Shown: positions 39,412-51,136 of the stretch, one piece after another
Layout: the number at the start of each line of letters is the position of its first letter
Numbering within the stretch: the first letter of the stretch is position 1
DNA from: Callorhinchus milii
Taxonomy: Eukaryota
DNA length: 64,000 nt
Reading direction: 5' to 3'
Assembly: GCF_018977255.1 (NCBI RefSeq)
Contig: NW_024704742.1
Span: 135,534,001-135,598,000, forward strand
Notes under the pieces: model-generated
Told to the model about the DNA's origin: nothing
What the model saw: only the letters and a program-made list of their open reading frames with translations
The model's database searches: none
Program-made: the position numbers and the translations under genes

Positions 39412-42400
39412 GTGAGTGGGGGGGCAACGGGTGTCACATTGGGGGGGGTGTTCGACGCTGACGGGAGACAAGAGGAGATAATAATAATCCTTGCGTCTCA
39501 TATAGCGCCTTATCACGTCTTCGAGACGTCTCAAAGCGCTTTACGGAATAGACTGTAAAGTGAATTGACTGTGTATTTGAGATCAGGGGTAGGGGTAAGG
39601 GCGAGGAGAGATTCGAAGGCTCGGTTGATTCCCGTAATGTAGTGGTTAGCACGCCTCGTCTCGCAAGCGAGAGGACCCGGGTTCGATTCCCAGGCAGGGC
39701 GAAACCTTAGGCCAGTGTCCTTACTCCACAGTAAGTAGGAACCTGGTTGTTAGTCGATGGACGAATTACTTTTTAGCGGAAATAATCTCTTAATAAAAAA
39801 GTAGTCACTCAATCCATGACGAGGAATATTAATATTACTATTATTATAACGACCTGTGAATATAAAAACAGAAGTAGGCCATTCAGCCTTCGAGCCTGTT
39901 CCACCATTCTATTAGATCATGGCTCATCTGTCCCTCAGGTTCAATTACCTGCGTTTGCCCTCTATCCCTTGATACCCTGACCTAACAAATATCTATCTAC
40001 CTGAGTCTTGAAGATGTGAGTGGATTCAGCATCCACAGCCTTTTGGGGGAAAGAGTTCCAGATTTCCACTACACTTTGGGTGAAAAACAGCCTCTGAATT
40101 TCACTCCTAAATGACCTAGCTCTAAAGTTAAGATAATGCCCCCTTGTTCTGGATTCGCCTACCGGAGAGGGGGAGTGAGACCAGAGGAGGTGACAGAGGT
40201 TGGGTAGGGGCAAGGACTTTGTGGAGTCCTGTAGCTCAGTGGTTAGAGCACTCGCTTTGCAAGCGAGAGACCTGAGTTCAATTCCAGGCAGAGGGCGAAA
40301 CCTTGGGCAAGTTTCCTTACTCCACACAGAGCCTAATAATAATCCCTCCAAAACCAGAAACAGTAATAAATTGGTCATTTTCAATCTACGACTGTTTGTG
40401 GGACATTGCTGTGCGCAATTGGCTGCCGCGTTCGCCCACAAATACAGTCAATTCACTTTACAGTGTGTTCTGTGAAGCGCTTTGGGACGTCCTCCTGACG
40501 TGAAAAGTGCTATATCAAATGCAAGGATTATTATTATTAAGGACGTGGAGGCATTTGGAGGTTGGATTGAGGGGGAGGGAGGGAGGCCAATTTGCGAGGT
40601 GGGAGGGGCATGAGCAGCGGACTTGGTTTGATCATTGCCTGACGTACACGGGATGCTACAACACAGGACACCACGACATTTAGTACAAACCTCGGTACTT
40701 TAACGGGTCAGTAACCAAACCACTCGCCTTTCATTCAAGGGAATCACAGCAACAGGGTTTTTTTTGGGCAGCCGGGTGTTTGACACGTGCGGAAACTTAT
40801 CACCGTGCTTGAAAGTCTCCAAACCAAACTGAGAATTCCACGCAACCCACCTACACATGGAAATCCCAGAGATACATTGTCGGACTGGAATGCGCTCTCT
40901 CTCTCTCTCCCTTCTGTCTCTCGTGTGTGCGCGGTGTGTGTCTTTCTCAGTCTTTCTCTCTATCTTTCTCTGTCTGTGCGAACTCTCTCTTTGTCTGTCT
41001 CTCTCTGTGTGTGTCTCTCTCTCTCTCTCTTTCTCTGTCAAGCTCTCTCTGTCTCTCTTTTTTTGTCTTTCTCTTTCTCCGTTTTTCTCTCTGTCTCTTT
41101 CTTTCTGACCCTCTTTCTCTCTCTCTATCTCTCTCTCTCTCTGTCTTTCTCTCTCACGACATGTGGTGGAAAATTACATAAGACGTTCTTGTTTCCAAGC
41201 ATATAATAGATGGCATCAATAGGGAATAAGAGAGATGTGCAGTGATAGATTGGGAGGCCCCATGTAATCCAGTGCTCAGAGATGCAACGAGCTGCATAGA
41301 TTGTCTCGTGGATGGATAAAGATTTGGTTTTAATCCAGATTCAGGGATCCTTAATTGCATAATTGAGCCTTGTAATCCCCACTCTCCTCTTTCTTCCCTG
41401 GTGCTTTGTGTGTGTGTGTGTGTGTGTTTGTGTGTTTGGTGTTAATGTATTGTTTCCCACTCTTTCTTCTCACTTAACCTTGAAGATCAGGATGCCGTCA
41501 TCTGGGGGTGGGGGGAATGGGGGGACAGAGGAGGGAGGGCGGGGGGAGATTCTCCTGACCGACAATCTTCCTGGAGCAAAAATGGTCATTCTCTGTCAGA
41601 GTGCTCTTATGCGCAAACTGCAGAAATACATTTTGCCAAGCTTCACAGCAATTTCTTGAGACATTGCATTGCTGCAGGCACAAAAACACACATTACAATT
41701 GGAATCCTATAGCGTTGTGGTTAGAGCACTCGCCTGGCAAGCGAGAGGACCCTGGGTTCCATTCCTGGGCGGGGAGAAACCCGAGGCAAGTTTCCTTACT
41801 CCACACGCCTCTGTTTACTAAGCAGTAACGAGGAACCCGGTTGATAGACGATTGGCCAATCGCTTTTCCGGAGAGTAATAATCCCTTCAAGTTAAATGAA
41901 TAAATTGGTCATTCAATCCACGACTGTTTGTGGGACACTGTTGTGCACAATTGGCTGCCGCGTTTCGCCCACAAAATATACAGTCAATTCACTTTACAAT
42001 ATGTCCTGTGAAGCGCTTTATGATGTCTCGATGACGTGATAAGGAGATATATCAAAGGCAAGGATTATTATTAATATATATATACATATTCATACAATGC
42101 AAACACAATAAATCCTTTGAGACGTCCATCCTCCTCCCCCACAACATGATGCAAGGATTGTGGTTGCTATTGTTATTGTTAAGTGTTATCGTGTGTTTCG
42201 TGGTTAAGCTTTGGGACCCTCTCGACGTGAAAGGCATGTTTATATGTAAATTTTCAGGGTGCTATTCTATATGAATTAATGTTTTCACGAGCTCACGTGA
42301 TGCTCCCCCTCCCACCCTTCCTCTCCCCTCCCACCCTCCCTCTCCAACCCCCACCCAATCCCTCCGCCCGCAATGTTTAACGCTGACCTCTCGCTCACAG

Positions 42401-42534
42401 ATGGCCATCACAATTCAGACCCGTGGAGCTCCTCCGGGGCGATGAACCAGCCGGGTTACGGAGCGATGCTCGGGAACTCGTCTCATGTTCCACAATCCAG
42501 CAGTTACTGCAGTATGCATCCGCACGAACGCCTG
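42401..42534 (+). CDS. TCF4: TCF4 exon 11 equivalent: (D)[44 protein letters not shown]
   Basis: tcacag acceptor, CTG|gtaagg donor; 134 nt, phase 1/0. Peptide visible in ORF 42373..42633. Confidence 0.96.
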
Positions 42535-44506
42535 GTAAGGTTTGACCCTCGCCCGCCTTGCCCACTCGCTCGACCATCCGGCCGCCCGCTCGGACGCTCA
42601 AATCACACTCTCGCATCAGCCCAGGTCCGGTGACAAGAGAGCGGTGGTTTCAGGGGTAATTCGAGGCCAGGCATCAAGAACAATGCTGGGACGGTTTTCA
42701 ACGGTGCCTGACTCAGGCATAGAATCAGAGGAGTTCTCCTGTCCTGTCCCATCCGTGTGTCAGCCCCGGGGCAGAGGTAGCCGGCTTGCTTCCGAGTCAG
42801 AAGGTTGTGGGTTCGAGTCCCCCACACGTCTGGACTTGGAATCACATCGTCTAGGTTGACTCTCTTGGGAGTGTGGCATTTGTCAGAGATGCCGTCCACT
42901 GGATGAACCGTTAAAAACGGTTAAAGATCCCACGGCGCAAGAGAGGGGAAGTTTCTCTCTCCCGGTGTCCTGGCCAACAATCCCCCCCCATATAAAATTT
43001 GAGCGTTCACTCCATGGCTGTTTCTGGGACCCTTCTATGCGCCACTGGCTGTCGCGTTTCACTCACAAAATCTAGAGTCATATCCCTGTGAAGCCCTCTG
43101 AGATATCTCGATGACGTAATAAGGCACCGTATCAAGTGCAAGGATTATTATTATTATTGTTATCCCGTACCCCGCTGTTTTTCACATCAAGTTGGACGTT
43201 GATGGGTTGTTTACACTTGTTGGTTAGTCTATAACGAGAGGATAAAATGTAGAGCTGTGGTTGAAGCTTAAAGCCTCAATGTCTTTAAGAGGAAACTTGA
43301 TGCTCATATCAAGGGAAGAGAGAGAGAGAGAGATTAGAGGGAAAGAGAATAGAGAGGTAAGAGAGAACGTTGTATTCACTCAATATAACTCCTTATGAAA
43401 TCCCGGCGTTTGATCCAGCACCTTGAAATATCTCAAAGCGCTCCACAGAGTTTACTCTTACCCACCAGGACCTTATTAATCTACACACAACGTGTTAAAG
43501 AATGAAAGCGAAGCTCTGTAAATGGCTTTTCTCTCTTTCTCTCACGCTTGCCTCTGTAATTAATGCCTGAAATGTTTGCCTTTGTAAATGAAACGCAGCC
43601 GTTCTGTGGACTGAGAGTCCACAGTCATCTCGCTGGGTGGGCTGTTTGAGGATTGTGTGTGTGTGTTTGTGTGTTGGTGTGGACTATTTTTAATCTCCTC
43701 TATACCTATAAGCATTGCTTGTAGATACAAAGATACACACACACACCAGATACACACACTCACACCAGATACACTCACACTAAATGTACACGCGCCCACC
43801 AAATACACACACCAAATACACACACTAAATTCACATGCACACACCAAATACACGCACCATACACCACACGCACACAAATACATTCGTACAAATACACATT
43901 CGCACATCAAATACACACGAGCACACCAAATGCACACAAATCGACTCACACACACACACACCCATATACACATACACAAGTGTTATATTTATAGGGAAAT
44001 GGAGAGCTAACAGCTTACTCAATGTCACGGGATGAATGGGAATGATCATTAAGTCAATTTAAAACATTAAAAATCAGTCATTTCACCTCTTGGTTGTTGG
44101 TGGGGCATTGCTATGAACAAATTGGCTGCCATGTTGGCCTGCAAAATAAACAGTTACTACACTGATTAGTAATTTGGTCCAGCGCCTCTCCACAATATCT
44201 CAAAGCGCTTCACTGGAGTTCACTGTAAATAATAATAATCAAATAATAATAATTATTATGACCGTGTGTGTTTGTAGGCGAACACAGCAGCCAATGTGCT
44301 ACAACAATGTCCAAGCAACGTCCAGGAAATGACTGACCCAATTTCATATCAATAATAACATTTGCTATATATCGGTCACTTGAGAATGAATCCTGTGAAC
44401 TCCCTTTTGAGGCGTTTTAGCATTGCAGTCGCTGCATGGATGGCGAAGGTGATTTATGTGTGTTTATTGATGTCTTTACCCTTTCCCGTGGACTCTTGCC
44501 CGGCAG

Positions 44507-44639
44507 AGCTACCCGCCACACTCCTCCGCAGACATCAATGCCAGTCTTCCGCCGATGTCCAGCTTCCACCGCAGCGGCTCACATCAGTATGGAGCCTCGT
44601 CCTGCACACCGCCAGCTAATGGCTCCGACAACATAATGG
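44507..44639 (+). CDS. TCF4: TCF4 exon 12 equivalent: [44 protein letters not shown]
   Basis: cggcag acceptor, G|gtacgt donor; 133 nt, phase 0/1. Contains the conserved LPPMSSFHR motif. Confidence 0.95.
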
Positions 44640-44669
44640 GTACGTCAATGTCTCCGTCGCCGTAACTAT

Positions 44670-45050
44670 AATAGTAACCCTTGCATTTGATACAGCGCCT
44701 TATCACGTCTTCCAGAAGCCTCAAAGCGCCTCCAGAATATACTGTAAAGTGAATTGATTGTGTATATTTTGTGGGCAAAACGGGGCAGCCAATTGCGCGC
44801 AGCAGCGTCCCACAAACAGTCGTGGATTGAAGTGACCGAATTAGTATTCTTATAATTTTTTTTTGGAGGGATTATTACCCTCGAGAAAGAGATCCGTCAA
44901 TCGACTAACAACCGGGCTCCTACTTGCTGTTGGGTAAACGGAGTCGTGTGGAGTAAGGGAACTTGCCCAACATTTCGCCCTGCCGGGAATCGAACCCAAG
45001 TCTCTCGCTTGCGAGGCGAATGCTCTAACCACTGAGCCTCAGGACTCCAC
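44670..45050 (-). mobile_element. SINE family A, full length, antisense, ~30 nt downstream of the exon 12 donor
   Basis: Reverse complement of the full consensus from gtggagtcctg head to caaatgcaaggg tail. Other minus copies at ~21460-21805, 23960-24320, 45280-45560, 46390-46625, 59190-59530. Confidence 0.88.
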
Positions 45051-45633
45051 AGGACTATTATTATAATAATAATCCTTGCATTTGATATAGCCCTTAAAAA
45101 AAATAACAAAAATAATTTGGTCACTCGTTCCATGACTGTGGGACGCTGCTGTGCACAATTGGCTGCTGTGTTTCACCCACAAAACATTCAGTTAATCCAC
45201 TTTACAATATATTCTGTGAAGCGCTTTGAGTCATCTAGAAGACGTGATAAGGCGCTATATCAAATGCAAGGAGTATTAGTATTATTATAGCGCCTTACCA
45301 TGTCCTTGAGACGTCTCAAAGCGCTTCACATAATATACCGTAAGTGAATTGACTGTATTTTAAGGATGAAAAGCAGCAGCAAAGTCCCACAAAAACAGTC
45401 GCCAAATGAATGACTAAATTATTATTATTTTATTTATTTTTTGGAGGGGTTATTACCCACGAAAGTGATCCACCAATTGACTAACAACCGTGCTTCTACT
45501 TACTGCTCGGTAAATAGATGCGTGTGGAGTAAGGAAACTTGCCTAAGGTTTCGCCCAGACCGGAAAGACAGGAAAAATCCAAGGACTAAAACTAGGGTGT
45601 CAGCCGGGCTCAATCGGTAGCGCTCTCGCCTCT

Positions 45634-46370
45634 GGGTAGGGTGGTCCTAGCTGGTCGAGCAACGGGAAATTTGCCAGACAGCGATCCTAATGCGATCGTA
45701 AAATTGAAATAAAGAGTTTGGGCTATCAAATCACACACAAGAGGTCGGAGAGCAGAGGGAATGCGATACCTGTGTTGTAAAAATCATATCACTCAATGGA
45801 ATAAGCCCGACCGAAACTCACTTAATCACTTTCCAAGATGTGGGACTTTCTTTTTTGGACGCCGCGAGTATTTTTTTTATTTTCATATCCAAACCCGACT
45901 GAATGATCCACGCACACACGCCACTTACACGTGGAAATATCCGTGTGTCTGAAATGGAATGTGCTCTCTCTCTCTCGCTCTCTCGCTCCCTCTCTCTTTC
46001 TCTGTCCTCTGAGGGACTCATCCTGCTTACTTCGTTCCGGAATGCATTATGCGTAGGTTGGAAAGAGCCAAGGCTTGGGGACCCCAGAGTGTGTGTCGGG
46101 GTAACTGCCTAACCAGCTAAAACCATTTAGCTTGACTATTGCTCTTGTCTGGCAAGCTTTCACGCTGCTTGTCCTGCTAGGACCACCCTACCCATTAGGG
46201 CTTTGGCTTGCAGGGTTAATAGGAGCTGAGTGGAAGGATTCCCTGCCCCCAATGACTAGTCTGTCCTTCCAGGTCCTGGGCTGTGCTGCCCTCAGCAATG
46301 CCTTGGAATACAGCCAGTTCAGCCCCAAGGAGACCCCACTTACCTTCTCCCACCACCCCAGTCATTAGTG
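45634..46370. mobile_element. Unclassified dispersed repeat with an internal ~47-bp inverted repeat (possible non-autonomous DNA transposon)
   Basis: 45634-45680 is an imperfect reverse complement of 46146-46193. Homologous segments at ~11600-12058(+), 40765-40900(+), 47890-48095(-), 60130-60340(-). Confidence 0.6.
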
Positions 46371-47540
46371 AATCAGAAGACCTGACTGTCCCGCAAACAG
46401 TCAACGATTGAGTGGCAAAATTATTATTGTCATTATTTTTTTAAGGGATTATTGCCCCCGGAAAAGCAATCCGCCAATTCACTAAGAACCAGGTTCCTAC
46501 TTACTGCTGGGTAAACAGAGGTGTGTGGAGTAAGGAAACTTGCCCAGCGTTTCACCTTGCCCGGGAACCAAACCCAGGTCCTCTCGCTTGCGAGGCGAGT
46601 GCTCAGATCACTACGCTGCAGGACTCTTAACAAACCAGCAACATTGCTGGTACCTCACTCGCCCTGTCACACCCCTCTGTGTCCAACCTCCGCACTTAAA
46701 TAGACATGCAATTAAGTGGCGTGTGGATAAGCGGTGTTGCAGTGTAGTTCCTGCAGACTCCAGCACAGAGACTGAGGACTCGGTGGGTAATAAGCAAACA
46801 AATAAATAAAATCGTCCAAGCTTCTTACTGTCAAACAATCCCCAGGGTGCTCAGCCTCTCGAGTCATATCTGAGTTGAGTGTAAAGTCAGTGAGTACGTG
46901 GCTTGTTTATTTGTGTGGCTGTTACAGCACTCCTTGTCCTATGCGAAGGGGCACTGTATAAATGCAAGCTGTTGCTGTTGTTGGCGTGATCTATAATGTC
47001 CACCTGAACACGATACAGATGGGACCCCGGTTTAGCCTCTCATCTGAAGGACAATTCACAACACAAAACCCAGGGGCTTCAATCCACAACCTTCTGACTC
47101 GGAGGCCATTGAGCGCTACCAACTGAGCCAGGCTGACTCCGTGTAAAGTGTAGTGACTGTTTGTATTGTGCTGAGGCACTTGAGAATAAAACGGAGTAAG
47201 GAAACTTGCCGAAGGGCCGAAACCTTAGGGAAGTTTCCTTACTCCACACGCCTCTGTTTACCTAGCAGTAAGTAGGAACCCGGTTGTGTGTCGATTGGCG
47301 GATCGCTTCCTGGGGGTAATAATCCCTCCGCTCTGAGACGTCTCACTGACGTGATAAGGCGCCGTATCAAATGCAAGGTACATGCATTTTAACAATAAAA
47401 TGCCTTTAGTTTCTGAACCGGGCCACACTCTCACAGACTGGCTTGTTCCGGGTACCAGGAATGTGTCACTAGGACGAGGTCAGTGGGTTGGGTGAAGTGA
47501 GACCTCTTATGTGACCAATTTTATTGTTCTTCCCTTTCAG

Positions 47541-47608
47541 CAAACAGATCAGGCAGCACCTCGGGCACTTCACAGACCGGCGACGCACTGGGCAAAGCAC
47601 TCGCTTCA
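47541..47608 (+). CDS. TCF4: TCF4 exon 13 equivalent: (A)NRSGSTSGTSQTGDALGKALAS
   Basis: tttcag acceptor, TCA|gtatgt donor; 68 nt, phase 1/0. Contains the conserved SQTGDALGKALAS motif. Confidence 0.95.
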
Positions 47609-47761
47609 GTATGTCACTTTGCTTTATGTTGTTGCTGTTGTTTTTTGGGGGGGGAGGGGAGATGCCGTACATGGTAATGCTGTGCTGCTATGGGGTGGGT
47701 GGAAGAGAGTGTGATTTGTGTTAGTTTTAATTCCCGAGTCCCAGATATCCTCCTGATCTGA

Positions 47762-47866
47762 AATAGAAACAGAAGTCGCTGGGAACACTCAGCAGGTCAG
47801 GCAGCATCTACGGAGAGAGGAAAGTGAGTCAACGTTTCAGGTCGATGACCTGTCGTCAGAACTCCT
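47762..47866 (-). mobile_element. Penelope-like element terminal fragment carrying a minimal hammerhead ribozyme motif
   Basis: Minus strand: GAGTT CTGACGA C AGGTC atc GACCT GAAA C GTT GACTC, then ...gatgctgcctgacctgctgagtg. Second, decayed copy at 11366-11460. Penelope assignment is from recalled similarity to shark repeats. Confidence 0.7.
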
Positions 47867-48429
47867 CACTCCTGATCTGAGCCTGGCCTCTTCCCACTCG
47901 TCTCCCGTGAACCCCGCAAGTCAAAGCTCGATCGTGTCGGCATCTCCCAGCTGGACAAGCAGCGGGAAAGCTTGCCAGGCAGTGCTCTCAATGGCAGGGT
48001 GTGCGGTTTTAGCTGATTCGACTCTCGATGTGAAAGTCATACAAGTGGAAATTGTTGTAGTTGGATTCCGCATGTGTCAGCCACTCGGCTGACCTTAATT
48101 ACTGTGAAACACTCCCGAGATATTCTCAAGTTATCGATGCTACGCAGATAACTGCAAGTTCTTCTGAAGAGCATCGAATTAGATTGCACAGTTACACTTA
48201 TACAGCGCCTTTTAACGTCGGGAGGACTTCTCAAAGAGCTTCACGCAGCTGAAAGGATAGCTGAAAGTGCGGTCGAAAAGATATTCCTGAGAGGTGGGTC
48301 TGGGGAAGTGATTTAGAAATTCACAAATTGAATCCTTTTGAGGGGGAGAGGTGGGGCCGGTGAACCGAACAATCTTTCCGTGTGCTGCCATTGTTCAACG
48401 AACGATTCCTGCTCCGTGTTCCCCTTCAG

Positions 48430-48508
48430 ATCTATTCACCCGACCACACCAACAACAGTTTCTCTTCAAATCCATCCACGCCTGTTGGATCTCCGCCATC
48501 ACTCACAG
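48430..48508 (+). CDS. TCF4: TCF4 exon 14 equivalent: [26 protein letters not shown]
   Basis: cttcag acceptor, CAG|gtagaa donor; 79 nt, phase 0/1. Matches TCF4 ([10 protein letters not shown]) rather than TCF12 (HTSSSFPSNP). Confidence 0.96.
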
Positions 48509-48892
48509 GTAGAACAAAGCACATGGTGCGGGGGTTAAGTGGGGGTGTTTGTTTATTGGGGCGGGTTCATTGGAGCGTGGGTTGGTTTGAGGGTTGGGTC
48601 GGTTGATGGAGGGTTGGGTCGGCAGCCTGTTTGGTGGGAGTGGTGGGATGGGTTTGTTGATTGGTGGGTGGGTTGGTAGGTGGGTGGTTGTTGTTGTTGT
48701 TGTAGTGCTCTTGGATTCTGCAGTGTGTGAGGGGGTACTGTATAAATGCAGGTTGTTAGTGGTGATTGAGCAGGTTGGTTGGTTGGGGGGGTGAGTTTGT
48801 TGGGGGTTGAGTTTGTTGGGTGGGGGGTGGGTGGGAAGTAGAGATGGTGCCATTCACAGACTAACTTGTGTAACTCCGCTCCCTGTGTTCAG

Positions 48893-48969
48893 CAGGTACC
48901 CAGGTGTGGTCCAGAAATGGTGGCCAGGGACCATCTTCTCCCATTTACGAAGCCCCTCTTCACTCCTTG
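48893..48969 (+). CDS. TCF4: TCF4 exon 15 equivalent: (A)[25 protein letters not shown]
   Basis: Tandem acceptor ttcag|CAG|GT, TTG|gtaggt donor; 77 nt (74 nt if the distal AG is used), phase 1/0. Confidence 0.94.
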
Positions 48970-49580
48970 GTAGGTTTGAGAAACAGCCACAAGCTGTCCA
49001 AATCACATTAATAATACGGGAATAATAATCCTTGCATTTCAGCACCTGGTTGGGAAGTGGTGGTGCGGGGGGGAACACACCATGTTTTGAGGGTGGAAAG
49101 TTGGAGGCAAAGTTTTGAGGAGTGAGAAGTTTTGGGAAAGGGCTGCAAGTTTGGGGAGTGAAAGTTTTAGGGGGAAATTTGGGGGTGAAAGATTTATTTG
49201 AAAGGTTTTGTGAGCGGAAAGAAAGTTTCGTTACTCCACACGCCTCTGTTTACCTACCTACCAGTAAGTAGGAACCCCGGTTGTTAGTAATTTGGAAGAT
49301 CACTTTCTGAGGGTAAGGATCCTGCCACAAAAAAGAAATTCGATTGTTTAATCCAATATTGTAGGCCGCTGCTGTGCGCAATTGGCCGCGTATTTTGCCC
49401 ACAAAATACACAGTCAATCCATTGTACAAGATGCTCTGTGCTTTGAGACGTCTCGACGACGTGATGAGGCGCTTTCTCCAATGCAAGTTCTGGTTACGAT
49501 TATTACGTCCTCCCGACGTGATAAGGCGAGATCAAAGGCAAGGATTGCGATCATCATCTTCTCTTGTTGCTAACCCCCAG

Positions 49581-49784
49581 CAAACCCGTATTGAAGACCG
49601 CTTGGAAAGACTGGACGACGCCATCCACGTGTTGAGGAATCACGCAGTGGGACCTTCCACGGCGATGCCAACCAGTCACAGCGACCTGCACAGTTTAATA
49701 GGACCATCGCACAACGGGCCAATGGGAGGCTTGGGCTCGGGCTACGGGACGAGTCTGCTCTCAGCCAACAGACATTCTCTAATG
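49581..49784 (+). CDS. TCF4: TCF4 exon 16 equivalent (AD2 region): [68 protein letters not shown]
   Basis: ccccag acceptor, ATG|gtaaga donor; 204 nt, phase 0/0. Contains the LDDAIHVLR activation-domain-2 motif. Confidence 0.97.
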
Positions 49785-51136
49785 GTAAGAGGAGTAAAGG
49801 AAGAGGAATAATTATTATTATTTATATTATTGTTTCGGGCAATAATATACACAGTAGTTTGGGACACGACATGTGCAAGCGATTGCCAGGGTGGTGGGAG
49901 GCGAACTGGATGGACCTCGGGCTTCTTTCGCGAGCAAATTGGTATGTTTTTATGGTCTTAAGAGGCCGTCTTGATACAGGAAATAAAGGAGAAACTGTTT
50001 CCACTGGCGGGTGGGCCGGTAACCAAGAGGACACCCCAGATTTAAGCTAATTGGCCAAAGAACCACTGGATATGGGGAACGTGGGGTGGGGTGTGGGGGT
50101 GGGGAGTGCAAGCTCCAACCCTAACCCTAACCCACCTGAAACATTTGTGTTTTCAAACCAACCTTGGATAAATTGACTCGATTGTTTTTCTCCCACCCCC
50201 AACTACCGAAAACAAAATCCCTTGGGACTTAATCCCCCAAAAATCTGTCCCCCACCCAAAAACAATTGGTCCCCAAGAATTTAACCCCCAATCTCTCAAT
50301 CACACCCAAACTTTAACCCCCCCCACCCAACATTTCACCCTAAAACAACCTCATGCAAATCGCCCGCATACACACCAGCCCCAACTCTTCATCCAAGCCC
50401 AAAGCGATCTCATCTCCCCCATCCCACATCCTCTCTTCTCCCCCTCCCTTGCAACACCTTTCTTAACCACTACCTAACTCTCTCCCCTTTCCTAACCCAT
50501 AGCCCCCTCTTTTCCCCATTTCCCTCCTCTCTGCCCTCCACTCTCTCACCCCGCACTCCTCTCTCCCCCCACACGCACTAAAGTTGTGGAAAAGAAACGT
50601 CACGGGGAATCTGTTGAAGTGTTTATTTTTCCCGGGTGCCAAACGTCCGGAGCCAACAGAGTCTGGCAATCAAAGCGATTGTGGAGGAGTGTTGTTGTTG
50701 TTGTTGTTGTTGTTCCAGAGGGGGCTGATGGTTTTCATCTTGAAAAAGAGGAAATCATCTTCTTTGGAACCGAACACATGCGCAAGAGAGAGAGAGAGGG
50801 AGGGAGGGAGGGAGAAAAGGAAATGGAGAGAAGTGACTCTGGGAGTAGGGGGAACTGTAATCTATTCCACATTTGTGAGTTTAATGCTGAAAGGAGGTCA
50901 TAAAGATGAAGCCAAAAGAAAAAAAACGTTCGTCAGAAAAGAAACAGTGGGTGGGTAATAATGGAAACATATGGCTGCGATGAGAGAGAGGAAGAGAGAG
51001 AGAGAGAGGATGGTGGGGGAAAGAGGGAGAGGGGGGGAGAGAGAGGAGAAAGAGACAGAGAGGGAGAAGAAGAGAGAGAATGATTTCTTCTTCACGTCAC
51101 ACCCTCGTACCTCCATATTGTCCTTTTTATATAATA

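Noticed and set aside
48970..49580. TCF12-type 24-aa insert exon, or identity of the gene as TCF12/TCF3
   Set aside because: The intron contains only repeat and low-quality sequence; exon sizes and diagnostic residues fit TCF4.
49560..49580. U12-type intron suggested by a branch motif close to the AG
   Set aside because: The upstream donor is gtaggt, not the U12 consensus RTATCCTT.
50115..50135. Interstitial telomeric repeat (CCCTAA)n
   Set aside because: Only 2-3 units; not significant.
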